Below, piece after piece: positions 30,289 to 39,652 of a DNA stretch of 64,000 bases. Each line of letters begins with the position of its first letter. Position 1 is the stretch's first letter. The stretch is from Pseudomonadota bacterium (GTDB lineage: Bacteria > Pseudomonadota > Gammaproteobacteria > Burkholderiales > Burkholderiaceae_D): assembly GCA_040384885.1 (NCBI GenBank), contig JAZKIN010000135.1, positions 16,070-80,069 of the forward strand. The letters are read 5' to 3'. Made by a program: the position numbers and the translations under genes. A model generated the notes under the pieces. The model was not told where the DNA came from, made no database searches, and worked only from the letters and a program-made list of their open reading frames with translations.

Positions 30289-31767
30289 ATGAAACAATCC
30301 CTGCAACTGAGGACTTCGCAGCACCTCGCACTCACGCCGCAGCTGCAGCAATCGATCCGCCTGCTGCAGTTGTCGACGCTCGAACTGCACCAGGAGCTCG
30401 AGCAGCTGCTGTCCGATAATCCGCTGCTCGAACGGCTCGACGATCCGCTCGACCACTCGGTGCGGCTGCTCGCCGACGGCGCCATCAACAACGCGCCGGC
30501 GCCGGGCGAGGGCCCGCCCGAACCGGGCGCCCAGGACGCGCCGGCCGCGCCCGAGGGCGAGGGCGGCGCCGACGGCGACGCGGCCGGGGCCGAAGCAGGC
30601 GGCGCCGAGGCCGACGGCGACTGGGGCGAGGCCACGCGCGGCAAATCGTCCGACGACGAGGATTCGCGGCCCCAGCTCGAGGGCGGCGCGACCACGCTGC
30701 GCGAGCACCTGATGGAGCAGATGCGCGTGACCGGGCTGGCGCTGCGCGACCGCGCGCTGGTCGAACTGATCGTCGACGCGCTCGACGACAACGGCTACCT
30801 GCGCGAGACGCTCGACGAGATCCTCGAGCGCCTGCCGCCGGAGCTCGAGATCGACCCCGACGAACTCAAAACCGCGCTGTCGCTGCTGCAAAGTTTCGAC
30901 CCGCCCGGCGTGGGCGCGCGCTGCGCGTCCGAATGCCTGGCGCTGCAAATCCGGCGCATGAAGGGCGTGCCGATGGTGACGCGGCGCATGGCGCTCGTGA
31001 TCGTCGAGCAGCACCTGACCTGGTTCGCGCAGCGCGAATTCAACAAGCTCAAAAAGACGCTCGAGTGCGACGACGAGGACCTGCGCGAGGCGCAGACCGT
31101 GATCCGCCAATGCAATCCGCATCCGGGCGCGGTGTTCGCCGCCGACGTCTCCGACTTCGTGGTGCCCGACGTGATCGTGCGCCGCGCCAAGGGCGGCTGG
31201 GCCGTCTCGCTCAACAACGATGTGATGCCGCGCCTGCGCGTCAACAGCCTGTACGCGAGCCTGCTCAAGCAGGGCAAGGGCGAGGGCCAGATGGGCGCGC
31301 AGCTGCAGGAGGCCAAGTGGCTCATCAAGAACATGCGCCAGCGTTTCGACACGATCCTGCGCGTGTCGCAGGCGATCGTCGAGCGCCAGCGCAATTTCTT
31401 CTCCCATGGCGCGGTTGCCATGCGTCCACTTGTGCTGCGCGAAATAGCTGATACACTTGGTCTGCACGAGAGTACTATTTCTCGTGTTACAACTCAAAAA
31501 TATATGCTGACCCCGCATGGCATGTTTGAGTTGAAATATTTCTTCGGGAGCCATGTCGCCACCGAAGCGGGGGGCGAAGCATCGTCGACGGCGATCCGGG
31601 CACTCATCGTGCAATTGACAGGAGCAGAAGACCCAAAAAATCCATTATCCGACAGTAAGATCGCGGACATGCTGGGGGAACAGGGAATGGTCATCGCGCG
31701 CCGCACCGTGGCGAAATACCGCGAGGCGCTCAAGATCCCCCCGGTCAGCCTGCGCAAGTGTTTGTAG
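30289..31767 (+). CDS. rpoN: RNA polymerase sigma-54 factor
   Basis: [22 protein letters not shown] and the RpoN box ARRTVAKYR. Confidence 0.98.
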   Translation: MKQSLQLRTSQHLALTPQLQQSIRLLQLSTLELHQELEQLLSDNPLLERLDDPLDHSVRLLADGAINNAPAPGEGPPEPGAQDAPAAPEGEGGADGDAAGAEAGGAEADGDWGEATRGKSSDDEDSRPQLEGGATTLREHLMEQMRVTGLALRDRALVELIVDALDDNGYLRETLDEILERLPPELEIDPDELKTALSLLQSFDPPGVGARCASECLALQIRRMKGVPMVTRRMALVIVEQHLTWFAQREFNKLKKTLECDDEDLREAQTVIRQCNPHPGAVFAADVSDFVVPDVIVRRAKGGWAVSLNNDVMPRLRVNSLYASLLKQGKGEGQMGAQLQEAKWLIKNMRQRFDTILRVSQAIVERQRNFFSHGAVAMRPLVLREIADTLGLHESTISRVTTQKYMLTPHGMFELKYFFGSHVATEAGGEASSTAIRALIVQLTGAEDPKNPLSDSKIADMLGEQGMVIARRTVAKYREALKIPPVSLRKCL

Positions 31768-31836
31768 TGTTGTTTGTAGTTTCGTCGTTCCTCTGCGCAC
31801 AGCGCATGAACTGCCTGACATAAATTAGGAGTGTGT

Positions 31837-32190
31837 ATGAATCTCACAATCAGTGGACATCATCTTGAAGTGACACCAGCCATCCGTGAATACGTACAAA
31901 CCAAGCTTGAACGCGTCAAGCGCCACTTCGATCAAGTGATCGATATCGCCGTCATCCTCACCGTCGACAATCTGACCGAAAAAGAAAAACGACAAAAAGC
32001 CGAGATCAACTTGCGACTGGCTGGCAAAACCGTCTACGTGGAGAGTCTGTCGCACGATCTGTACGCGGCCATCGACACCCTCATCGACAAGCTCGACCGC
32101 CAGGTCATGAAGTACAAAAACAAGGTCCAGGACCACGACCACCAGGCCATCAAGCACATGCCTGAAGCAGAGCAGCCGTCCGCCGCGTAA
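31837..32190 (+). CDS. hpf: Ribosome hibernation promoting factor
   Basis: [13 protein letters not shown] and DLYAAID..KLDRQ motifs, downstream of rpoN. Confidence 0.95.
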   Translation: MNLTISGHHLEVTPAIREYVQTKLERVKRHFDQVIDIAVILTVDNLTEKEKRQKAEINLRLAGKTVYVESLSHDLYAAIDTLIDKLDRQVMKYKNKVQDHDHQAIKHMPEAEQPSAA

Positions 32191-32211
32191 GCCGGCCACG
32201 GAAATCTGATC

Positions 32212-32244
32212 AATGCCGTCCGGCTCGCGCCCGACGGCATTTTT
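32212..32244 (+). terminator. Terminator after hpf
   Basis: AATGCCGTC...GACGGCATTTTT. Confidence 0.7.
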
Positions 32245-32326
32245 CATTGGCGGCCCCGGTCTATTGCAACGCGAATTGCCTGGCGCCCCTGATAAAATAA
32301 ACATCCTTTCCCAACAGCAGACAGCC

Positions 32327-33421
32327 ATGAGCGCCTTCGTCCTGAGCAGCACCGCCCACCGCACCGGCTTCATCATCCTCGACCGTCCCAAGGCGCTCAA
32401 TTCCTTGTCGCTCGAGATGGTGCGCGCGCTTACGGAAAAACTGCGCGCGTGGCGCGACGACCCCGAGATCGACGCCGTGGTGATCCGCAGCAGCAGCGAG
32501 AAGGCGTTCTGCGCCGGCGGCGACATCCGCTTCTTCCACGAATGCGGGCTCGCCACGCCGATGGGCGGCAGCGCGCTGATCGAGGATTTCTTCACCGAGG
32601 AATACGCGCTCAACTTCCTGATCCACCACTACCCGAAACCGTACATTGCGCTCATGGAGGGCGTGGTCATGGGCGGCGGCATGGGCATCGCCCAGGGCGG
32701 CCCCGGCTGCCGGCTGCGCATCGTCACCGAGCGCACCAAGATGGCCATGCCCGAGGTGAACATCGGCCTGTTCCCGGACGTCGGCGGCAGCTATTTCCTG
32801 TCGCGTGCGCCGGGCAAGCTGGGCAACTACCTCGGCCTGACCGGTCTCACGATCGGCGCGGCCGACGCGCTGTACGCGGGCCTGGCCGACCTGTTTGTGC
32901 CGCAGGCGCAGATGGAGGCGCTCGCGCGGCTGCTAGCGATCACGCCGGGCGCGCAGATGCGCAAGGCGATTGTCGATTTCGCCGCGCAGTTCGCGGGGCA
33001 GGAGGGCGCCAGCACGCTTAGGGCCGAGCGCGCCGTGATCGACCGCCATTTCGCGGCCGGCTCGGTCGCGGCGATGATGGACTCGCTCGAGGCCGACGGC
33101 GGCGAATTCGCGGGCAAGGCGCTGGCCGCGATGCGCACCCGTTCGCCGCTGATGATGTGCGTGACGCGCGAATTGCTCGCGCGCGGCGGCGAGCTCGATG
33201 TGGCCGACTGCCTGCGCATGGAACGCACGCTGGTGCGGCACAATTTCGCGCATGGCGAAGTGCTCGAAGGCGTGCGCGCGCTGGTGATCGACAAGGACAA
33301 CGCGCCCAAATGGAATCCGCCGGAGATGGCGCAGGTGACCGATGAGATGGTGGAGCGTTTTTTTGCGCCGGTGTGGCCGGCGCATGCACACCCGCTGCGG
33401 GATCTGAAAACGGGGGCGTAA
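32327..33421 (+). CDS. Enoyl-CoA hydratase/isomerase, 3-hydroxyisobutyryl-CoA hydrolase-like
   Basis: LDRPKALNSL, AFCAGGD, VMGGG, AMPE..IGLFPDVG and EGVRA..DKD..PKW motifs. Confidence 0.93.
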   Translation: MSAFVLSSTAHRTGFIILDRPKALNSLSLEMVRALTEKLRAWRDDPEIDAVVIRSSSEKAFCAGGDIRFFHECGLATPMGGSALIEDFFTEEYALNFLIHHYPKPYIALMEGVVMGGGMGIAQGGPGCRLRIVTERTKMAMPEVNIGLFPDVGGSYFLSRAPGKLGNYLGLTGLTIGAADALYAGLADLFVPQAQMEALARLLAITPGAQMRKAIVDFAAQFAGQEGASTLRAERAVIDRHFAAGSVAAMMDSLEADGGEFAGKALAAMRTRSPLMMCVTRELLARGGELDVADCLRMERTLVRHNFAHGEVLEGVRALVIDKDNAPKWNPPEMAQVTDEMVERFFAPVWPAHAHPLRDLKTGA

Positions 33422-33475
33422 CGACGTTGAGATCGCGCCGCGACCTCACCGAAATGCCTTGTCGTTAATAGCAGT

Positions 33476-33520
33476 AAAAACCCAAGCCGTTAGCAGCCGC
33501 GAACTCTGCAAGGGCTTGGG
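33476..33520 (-). terminator. Terminator-like hairpin downstream of the VOC gene
   Basis: CCCAAGCC...GGCTTGGG stem followed by TTTTT on the minus strand. Confidence 0.55.
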
Positions 33521-33570
33521 TCGCTGTGATGCACTTATACGAAGGGTTGGCCTTGCTGACGATCGCGCGA

Positions 33571-33945
33571 CTAATTGGAAATTATTTGTCCGATCCTCAG
33601 GAGATTGCCGTCAGGATCGACGACGGCAAACTCCCGCAGTCCCCAGGGTTTGTTTTCCAAGCTATCCATGCGTGGAATGCCCGTTGGCGGCAACTTGCTC
33701 GATGAGAACAAGCGGTAGACGCGCTCAACATCCAGAACTCGGATGTAGCAGCCAGCGGATGACTCGGCGGGCACAAGTTGATTGTGCGTGAAGAAGTGAA
33801 TTTCAACAGAGCCCAGGCGCATTATGGCGTACTCGGGATTGAACTCGTGGGCACCACCTTCGAAACCGAGGCGCTGATAGAACGCAGTGGTCGCGGCAAC
33901 AGAGCGGCATGGGAGTGTTGGAATGGCGAGATCTTGTGCTTGCAT
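33571..33945 (-). CDS. VOC/bleomycin-resistance family protein
   Basis: AIPTLP, FYQRLGF and KPWGLREFAVVDPDGNLLRIG motifs. AAGGAG RBS. Confidence 0.92.
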   Translation of the reverse strand: MQAQDLAIPTLPCRSVAATTAFYQRLGFEGGAHEFNPEYAIMRLGSVEIHFFTHNQLVPAESSAGCYIRVLDVERVYRLFSSSKLPPTGIPRMDSLENKPWGLREFAVVDPDGNLLRIGQIISN

Positions 33946-33948
33946 GGC

Positions 33949-34056
33949 TTAGCGCTCCTTGTTATTTTGCGATATCGTACGCCGCACCCACGCGATGGCC
34001 TTGTTGCGCGAAGGCAGTTCCAAAACGGTGAAGCCGCCATCGGCAAAGTACGTGTC
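33949..34056 (-). pseudogene. Fragment of a YciI/DGPF-family gene
   Basis: GGFTVLELPSRNKAIAW matches the YciI C-terminal pattern. There is no 5' part: it begins at the repeat motif. Confidence 0.55.
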
Positions 34057-34109
34057 TGAATGGCGCACTGACCCCGCCGCCTCTGGTGTCTGAATGTCGG
34101 CACTGACCC
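34052..34109. repeat. Tandem pair of GTGTCTGAATG..CACTGACCC motif (copies 1 and 2)
   Basis: 34052-34075 GTGTCTGAATGGCGCACTGACCCC and 34086-34109 GTGTCTGAATGTCGGCACTGACCC. Confidence 0.85.
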
Positions 34110-34157
34110 GGTCGCTTCTGCCCCCGTCGCCTCGCTTGACCGAGTTATGCGATTGCG

Positions 34158-34658
34158 TCACTGAGAGATTACTGCGAGCCTGGCCCACAATTCATCGCAT
34201 CTACCGTTGCGGAATGCGGCCTGGTGAAACGCCTGATATTCCGACTTGTACACACTTAAAAGTTCCACTAGCCCATCGTCAATACAAGCTTGGGTATTGG
34301 CTATACGGTCGGCGACTTTCACAATGAGGGCTAGTTCTGCCTCGCCGCTGACCTGTGCCATCTTCTTGTAGGTCTTTTCCTTCCGCTCCTTGCGGGAAGC
34401 ACCTTCTTCATCAGTAAGTACAGCAATACAGACAGCCGCGACATGGCCGAACTCTCGCTCTATCTGGTCCAGCGTCACAGGAGTGTCTTCGACCACGTCA
34501 TGGAGATATCCAATGATCTGAGCCAACTCGCCGTAAGGTTCCAGCAAAGCGGCGACCTGGTCGAGGTGATGCGAGTACGGATGGCATCCGTACTTCTGAC
34601 CCGCATGATGGTCAATCGCAAATGCTCGTGCTAAATCTAAGGTGTGATTGATTCTCAT
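34158..34658 (-). CDS. Stand-alone HD-domain hydrolase (Mesh1/small alarmone hydrolase-like)
   Basis: HAGQKYG..PYSHH, LHDVVEDT, VLTD and KVADRIAN motifs of the RelA/SpoT hydrolase domain. No synthetase domain. Confidence 0.85.
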   Translation of the reverse strand: MRINHTLDLARAFAIDHHAGQKYGCHPYSHHLDQVAALLEPYGELAQIIGYLHDVVEDTPVTLDQIEREFGHVAAVCIAVLTDEEGASRKERKEKTYKKMAQVSGEAELALIVKVADRIANTQACIDDGLVELLSVYKSEYQAFHQAAFRNGRCDELWARLAVISQ

Positions 34659-34819
34659 GAACAAGGTAGGGTTGTGCGGCTGATCGCAAGCGAATAGAAC
34701 AATATACTCCACCGTATCCGGCCAGACCCAAAACGCGTGAACTGCATCGGGGGCAGTGCTGACATGCGCAGGCATGCGGTGCAACAACTTCAGGTGGAGT
34801 TTGCTACCGGGCCAGTTAA

Positions 34820-34842
34820 TGTCTGAATGTCGGGCACCGACC
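34820..34842. repeat. Third copy of the TGTCTGAATG motif
   Basis: TGTCTGAATGTCGGGCACCGACC. Confidence 0.8.
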
Positions 34843-34865
34843 GTCGCCGATCCGACCTCGTCGAG

Positions 34866-35057
34866 CTATTTGGAAATTATCTGTCCGACCCGTAAGAGAT
34901 TGCCATCCGGATCGACCACACCAAACTCCCGCAGGCCCCAGAGTTTGTTTTCCAAAGTATCTATCCGTGGAATCCCCGCAGGTGGCAAATCGCTCTATAG
35001 GAACAAACGGTAAACGCTTTCAATATTCAAGACGCGGATGTAACAGCCAGAGGATGA
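34866..35057 (-). pseudogene. Truncated, nonsense-mutated paralog of the VOC gene at 33571-33945 (3' half only)
   Basis: Translates as SGCYIRVLNIESVYRLFL*SDLPPAGIPRIDTLENKLWGLREFGVVDPDGNLLRVGQIISK*. TAG at 34995-34997 replaces TCG. Confidence 0.9.
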
Positions 35058-35090
35058 TGGGTCAACCCGGCCACGGGATCACACCGCCGT

Positions 35091-35954
35091 TTAGCTCTGC
35101 TCGCGGTGACGCAGCACGACCCGTTCGGTCGGGGCGAAATGGGCGGCCAAATGCTCGGCCATATACACTGAGCGGTGCTGGCCCCCGGTGCAGCCCAGCG
35201 CAACCGTCACATAACTGCGGTTGTCGGTCTTAAACGACGGCAGCCATTTCTCGATGAAGATGCGGATGTCTGCCAGCAGGTCGGCCGCACTCGGCTGGGC
35301 GTCGAGGAAGGCGATCACGGGCGCGTCCATGCCGGTCAGCGGGCGCAGCGTCAGGTCGTAGTACGGGTTCGGCAGGGCGCGCACGTCGAACACGAAATCG
35401 GCGTCGAGAGGCACGCCGAGCTTGAACGCGAACGATTCGAAGAACAGCGTCAGCGGCGCGCGCTCGATCGCGATGAGTTCTTTGATCCAGTTGCGCAGCT
35501 TGTGCGCGGCGAGGTCGGAGGTGTCGATCACATGGCCGAGCTGCTGGATCGCCGACAGGCGCTCGCGCTCCTCCATGATGCATTCGACCAGCGTGCGGCG
35601 CGAGGCCGGATTCTCGTCGGGGCGCAATTTGTGCGACAGCGGATGGCTGCGGCGCGTCTCGGAAAAGCGCGCCACGAGCGAATGCGTGTTGGCGGTCAGG
35701 AACACGACCTTGACGTCGTGCCCCTGGTCCTTGAGCGTCTTGATGTTGGCAGGCAGGTCGACCAGCGACTCGGCACTGCGCGCATCGACCGCGACGGCCA
35801 GCGACGAGGTGCCGTCCGTGGCCAGTGTCAGCACCAGGCTCGGCAGGAGCGCCGGCGGCAGATTGTCGACGCAATAAAAGCCCGCGTCTTCAAGCACGTT
35901 GAGTGCCACGGATTTGCCTGAGCCGGAAATACCGGTGATAAGTACGATGCGCAT
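35091..35954 (-). CDS. rapZ: RNase adapter RapZ
   Basis: [36 protein letters not shown] and [10 protein letters not shown] motifs. Confidence 0.97.
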   Translation of the reverse strand: MRIVLITGISGSGKSVALNVLEDAGFYCVDNLPPALLPSLVLTLATDGTSSLAVAVDARSAESLVDLPANIKTLKDQGHDVKVVFLTANTHSLVARFSETRRSHPLSHKLRPDENPASRRTLVECIMEERERLSAIQQLGHVIDTSDLAAHKLRNWIKELIAIERAPLTLFFESFAFKLGVPLDADFVFDVRALPNPYYDLTLRPLTGMDAPVIAFLDAQPSAADLLADIRIFIEKWLPSFKTDNRSYVTVALGCTGGQHRSVYMAEHLAAHFAPTERVVLRHREQS

Positions 35955-36130
35955 GCGGGGATGATACCGTAAGCTGCGGTTTCGAGGTATGGCGAACTTA
36001 TCTTTAGCCGACCAGAAGTTGCCTTGAATGTGTAAAATTCCGGTGATCTGTTGTGTTTCTGGACGGCCCGGTATGCCTTATGCATACACTCCAGTAAGCA
36101 AAGGTTATAAGCGCACAACATCAAAAAACC

Positions 36131-36970
36131 ATGCCCACCATCGCCTATCAAATACTAAACGTCTTCGCCGAGTCCAGCTTCGGCGGCAATCCGCTCGCCG
36201 TGGTCGAGGACGGCTCCGCCCTAAGCGACGCTCAAATGCAAACCGTGGCGCGCCAGTTCAACCTGTCCGAAACCACCTTCCTGCTGCCGTCGGCGCAGGC
36301 GGCGGCGCGCGTGCGAATTTTTACGCCGAGCTACGAGATGCCGTTCGCCGGCCATCCCACGCTCGGCTCGGCCGCGGTGGTCAGCGCCTTGCTCGGCGCG
36401 GGCGAGCGCTTTGCGCTGGAAATGAAGGCCGGAATCATTCCGGTCTGGCGCGAAGAAGGCCGTTGGCATTTGTCGGTCGGCGCGGCGAAACAGCGTCCGA
36501 TGCCGGCCAAAAGCGCCGAGCTCGCCGCGATGCTGGGCCTGCCGGAAGCGGCCATCGCCGGCCCCGCCACATGGTTCGATTGCGGCACCGAGCAAGCAAT
36601 GATCGAACTGCGCAGCGCTGCCGACGTGCACGCCTGCAAGCCGGTCGCGGCGCTGCTGGCGCGCCATTCGCGCAACGCGAGCGGCCAGGCCAAGGCCTAT
36701 GTGTTCGCGCGCAGCGGGGACGGGTTCGAGGCCCGCTACTTCTGGATGAGCAACGAGAGCAGCGTCAGCGAAGACCCGGGCACGGGCTCTGCCTGCGCCA
36801 ACCTGGGCGCCTGGTGGCAGGCGACCGAGGGCGGCAAGCCGCTCGACGCGGTGGTGCGCCAGGGCAGCGCGATCGAACGCCCGAGCCAGCTGACGCTGAA
36901 GGTGGCGGATGGAAAAATCGCCGTGGGCGGGCGCGTGGTCGCGCTCGGCAAAGGCGTGCTGAACTGGTAA
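36131..36970 (+). CDS. PhzF family isomerase
   Basis: GGNPLAV, NLSETTF, RIFTP..EMPFAGHPTLG and EDPGTGSA motifs. Confidence 0.93.
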   Translation: MPTIAYQILNVFAESSFGGNPLAVVEDGSALSDAQMQTVARQFNLSETTFLLPSAQAAARVRIFTPSYEMPFAGHPTLGSAAVVSALLGAGERFALEMKAGIIPVWREEGRWHLSVGAAKQRPMPAKSAELAAMLGLPEAAIAGPATWFDCGTEQAMIELRSAADVHACKPVAALLARHSRNASGQAKAYVFARSGDGFEARYFWMSNESSVSEDPGTGSACANLGAWWQATEGGKPLDAVVRQGSAIERPSQLTLKVADGKIAVGGRVVALGKGVLNW

Positions 36971-36973
36971 GAC

Positions 36974-37927
36974 TCAGTCGCCGCTCATGGCGAGCCGTTG
37001 CCGCTCCATGAATTCTTGCAAGGTGTCGATGCCGCGCAGTTGCAGGATTGTGTTGCGGACCGCGGCCTCAAGCAGCACCGCGATGTTGCGCCCGGCCGCG
37101 ACCGGAATCACGACCTTGCGCACGGGCAGCCCGAGTACGTCCTCGGTCGGGAACAAAAACGGCAGGCGCTCGACTTCCTCCTCGAGCGCGCCGCGGCGCA
37201 CGAGGTGCACGATCAGCTTGAGACGCATTTTGCGGCGCACCGCGGTCTCGCCGAAAATGGCCTTGATGTCGAGCAGGCCGAGGCCGCGCACCTCGAGCAG
37301 GTTTTGCAGCAGGGCAGGGCAGCGCCCTTCGATCATGTTCGGCGCGATGCGCGAGAACTCGACCGCGTCGTCGGCCACCAGGCCGTGGCTGCGCGAGATC
37401 AGTTCCAGTCCGAGCTCGCTCTTGCCGAGGCCCGAGTCGCCCGTGATCAACACGCCCACGCCGAGCACGTCCATGAAGACGCCGTGCATGATGATCCGCT
37501 GCGCCAGTTTTTTCGACAGGTAGACGCGCAGGTAGTCGATCACCTGGGCGGCCGGCAGCGGCGTCGAAAACAGGGGGATGTTTTGCTCGTCGCAAATGGC
37601 GAGGATGTCGGGCGGGGTGTCGAGCCCCTGCGCGATGATCAGCGCGGGCGGGCCGCCGGCGATCAGCTCGCCGATGACATGGCTGCGCGAACCCGACTTG
37701 AGGCGGTGGTAATAGGTCAGTTCCTGGTGGCCGAACACCTGGATGCGGCCCGGATGGATCAGGTTCAGGTGGCCGACCTGGTCGGCGGCCGAGGCCACGT
37801 CGCCCGAGATCAGGCGTTCGCCGCCGGGAAATCCGGCGAACCAGCCCAGTTGCAGGCTGTCGCGGTTATCGTCGTACAGCCGTTGAATGGTCAGCGGTGT
37901 CTGCAGCATGGGGGCGGTCTTCGGCAA
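36974..37927 (-). CDS. hprK: HPr kinase/phosphorylase (start 37927 or 37909)
   Basis: [35 protein letters not shown] and PVAAGRN motifs. Confidence 0.97.
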   Translation of the reverse strand: MPKTAPMLQTPLTIQRLYDDNRDSLQLGWFAGFPGGERLISGDVASAADQVGHLNLIHPGRIQVFGHQELTYYHRLKSGSRSHVIGELIAGGPPALIIAQGLDTPPDILAICDEQNIPLFSTPLPAAQVIDYLRVYLSKKLAQRIIMHGVFMDVLGVGVLITGDSGLGKSELGLELISRSHGLVADDAVEFSRIAPNMIEGRCPALLQNLLEVRGLGLLDIKAIFGETAVRRKMRLKLIVHLVRRGALEEEVERLPFLFPTEDVLGLPVRKVVIPVAAGRNIAVLLEAAVRNTILQLRGIDTLQEFMERQRLAMSGD

Positions 37928-37957
37928 GTAGGGCGCGGCGCGCCCGGCACGCGAAGT

Positions 37958-38440
37958 TTAACCCAAGGCCTGCAGGCTGGGTTGCCAATTGGTGATGCGC
38001 GAGTGCACCGAACGCGGGTCGGGATCGGTCGAGAGGGCGGTGCGGAAGGCGTCGTCGGAGAACATTTCGGCGATCTCGGACAGGATTTCGAGGTGTTGCT
38101 GCGTGACGTGGTCCGGGATCAGCAGGAAGAACAGCAGCTTGACCGGCTGGCCGTCGGGCGACTCGAACGGGATCGGCTCGACCAGGCGCACGAACGCGCC
38201 GAGCGGCCCCTTGAGGCTCTTGCTACCCTTGATGCGCCCGTGCGGCACGGCCACGCCATGCCCGAGCCCGGTTGAACCGAGGCGCTCGCGCGCGAACAGG
38301 TTCTCGGACACCGTAGAGCGCGCGATCCCGCAGTTGTTTTCAAAAATCAACCCGGCCTGCTCGAAGGCGCGCTTCTTGGAAGAAACCTCCAAATCGAGCA
38401 GTACGTTCTCTAGCGATAAAATTTTACTGAGGTTAGTCAT
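37958..38440 (-). CDS. ptsN: PTS IIA-like nitrogen regulatory protein
   Basis: SSKKRAFE, RERLGSTGLGHGVAVPHGR and PDGQPV motifs. Confidence 0.96.
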   Translation of the reverse strand: MTNLSKILSLENVLLDLEVSSKKRAFEQAGLIFENNCGIARSTVSENLFARERLGSTGLGHGVAVPHGRIKGSKSLKGPLGAFVRLVEPIPFESPDGQPVKLLFFLLIPDHVTQQHLEILSEIAEMFSDDAFRTALSTDPDPRSVHSRITNWQPSLQALG

Positions 38441-38803
38441 AACACTAAGTCAATTGGTGCGACGCACAAGGGTGCTTGCGAGCCAGAATTATAGGCCTGT
38501 TTTCAAGCCGTGGCATCGGAAATCGCATGCGCTTACGAATTGTTTCGTATTGTTATTTGGCAAGCTGATTGCAATTTACATCAGTATGAAAGCGGGCCGC
38601 GGGCGGCCGCCTGTCTCCGTAAAAAATTTCCTTCGCGAAATCAGGCGATTGGCGCGATTTTGTGAAGCCGCGCGGCCTCTGATCTGACAATTCCACGGCT
38701 GCGCCCGCTTGCGCCGCGTCGCCGAGAAGTTGCGGCGCGGCGCATTGCTGTTGTTTTATTGTAAATCGAATCCGGATGACGTGGCGCCCGGATGGCGCCC
38801 GCC

Positions 38804-39634
38804 TCACTGGCGCGCGGTGCGCAGGTTCGACGGCGGCGGGCCGCTAAAATTGCTGCGCCAGGGGTTGATGTCGAGTCCGCCCCGGCGTGTGTAGCGCGCG
38901 TACACGGCGAGCTTTTGCGGGGCGCACTGGCGCCAGATGTCCATGAAGATGCGCTCGACGCATTGCTCGTGGAATTCGTTGTGTTCGCGAAATCCGATCA
39001 GGTACTTGAGCAGGCCCTCCTGCTCGATCTGCGGGCCCACGTAGCGCACCTGCACGCTGGCCCAGTCGGGCTGGCCGGTGACGAGGCAATTCGACTTGAG
39101 CAGGTGCGACACCAGGGTCTCCTCGACCGGCGGTCCGGCGCGCCCGGCGCGCAGCAGGGCCGGGCTCGGCGTGTACTGGTCGATCTCGACGTCGAGGCGG
39201 TCGAGCAGCAGGCCGTCGAGCTCGCCCATCTTGAGCGTCGTGAACGCGTCCTGCAGCGTCAACACGACGTGCACGGGCGCGCCGAAACCCTTGGCCAGGT
39301 CGGCCTTGAGCAGGGCCAGCAGCGCGTCGGGGCCGGCCAGCCGGGTCTGGTTGAACGAGTTCAGGTACAGCTTGAACGACTTCGACTCGATGATGTTGGG
39401 CGAGTCGGCCGGCGCCGTGACGGTGGCGATCGCGACCTGCGGCTTGCCGCGCATGTTCAACCACGACAATTCGTACGCGTTCCAGATGTCTACCCCGAAG
39501 AACGGCATCGTGCCTGTCAGTTGCAGTTCGTCGCGCTTGGCCTGGCGCGCGATGGGGAACAGCAATTCGGGCGCGTAGCTGGTCTGGTAGGCGGACGTCT
39601 TGCCAAGCGGAGACAGGTCGGGTGTGTTGCTCAT
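38804..39634 (-). CDS. queF: NADPH-dependent 7-cyano-7-deazaguanine reductase
   Basis: [29 protein letters not shown] and [11 protein letters not shown] motifs. Confidence 0.97.
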   Translation of the reverse strand: MSNTPDLSPLGKTSAYQTSYAPELLFPIARQAKRDELQLTGTMPFFGVDIWNAYELSWLNMRGKPQVAIATVTAPADSPNIIESKSFKLYLNSFNQTRLAGPDALLALLKADLAKGFGAPVHVVLTLQDAFTTLKMGELDGLLLDRLDVEIDQYTPSPALLRAGRAGPPVEETLVSHLLKSNCLVTGQPDWASVQVRYVGPQIEQEGLLKYLIGFREHNEFHEQCVERIFMDIWRQCAPQKLAVYARYTRRGGLDINPWRSNFSGPPPSNLRTARQ

Positions 39635-39652
39635 GAGGCTTTCGGGTGTGGT

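Noticed and set aside
32191-38803. Actively invertible segment
   Set aside because: No inverted repeats at the putative ends and no invertase in the window.
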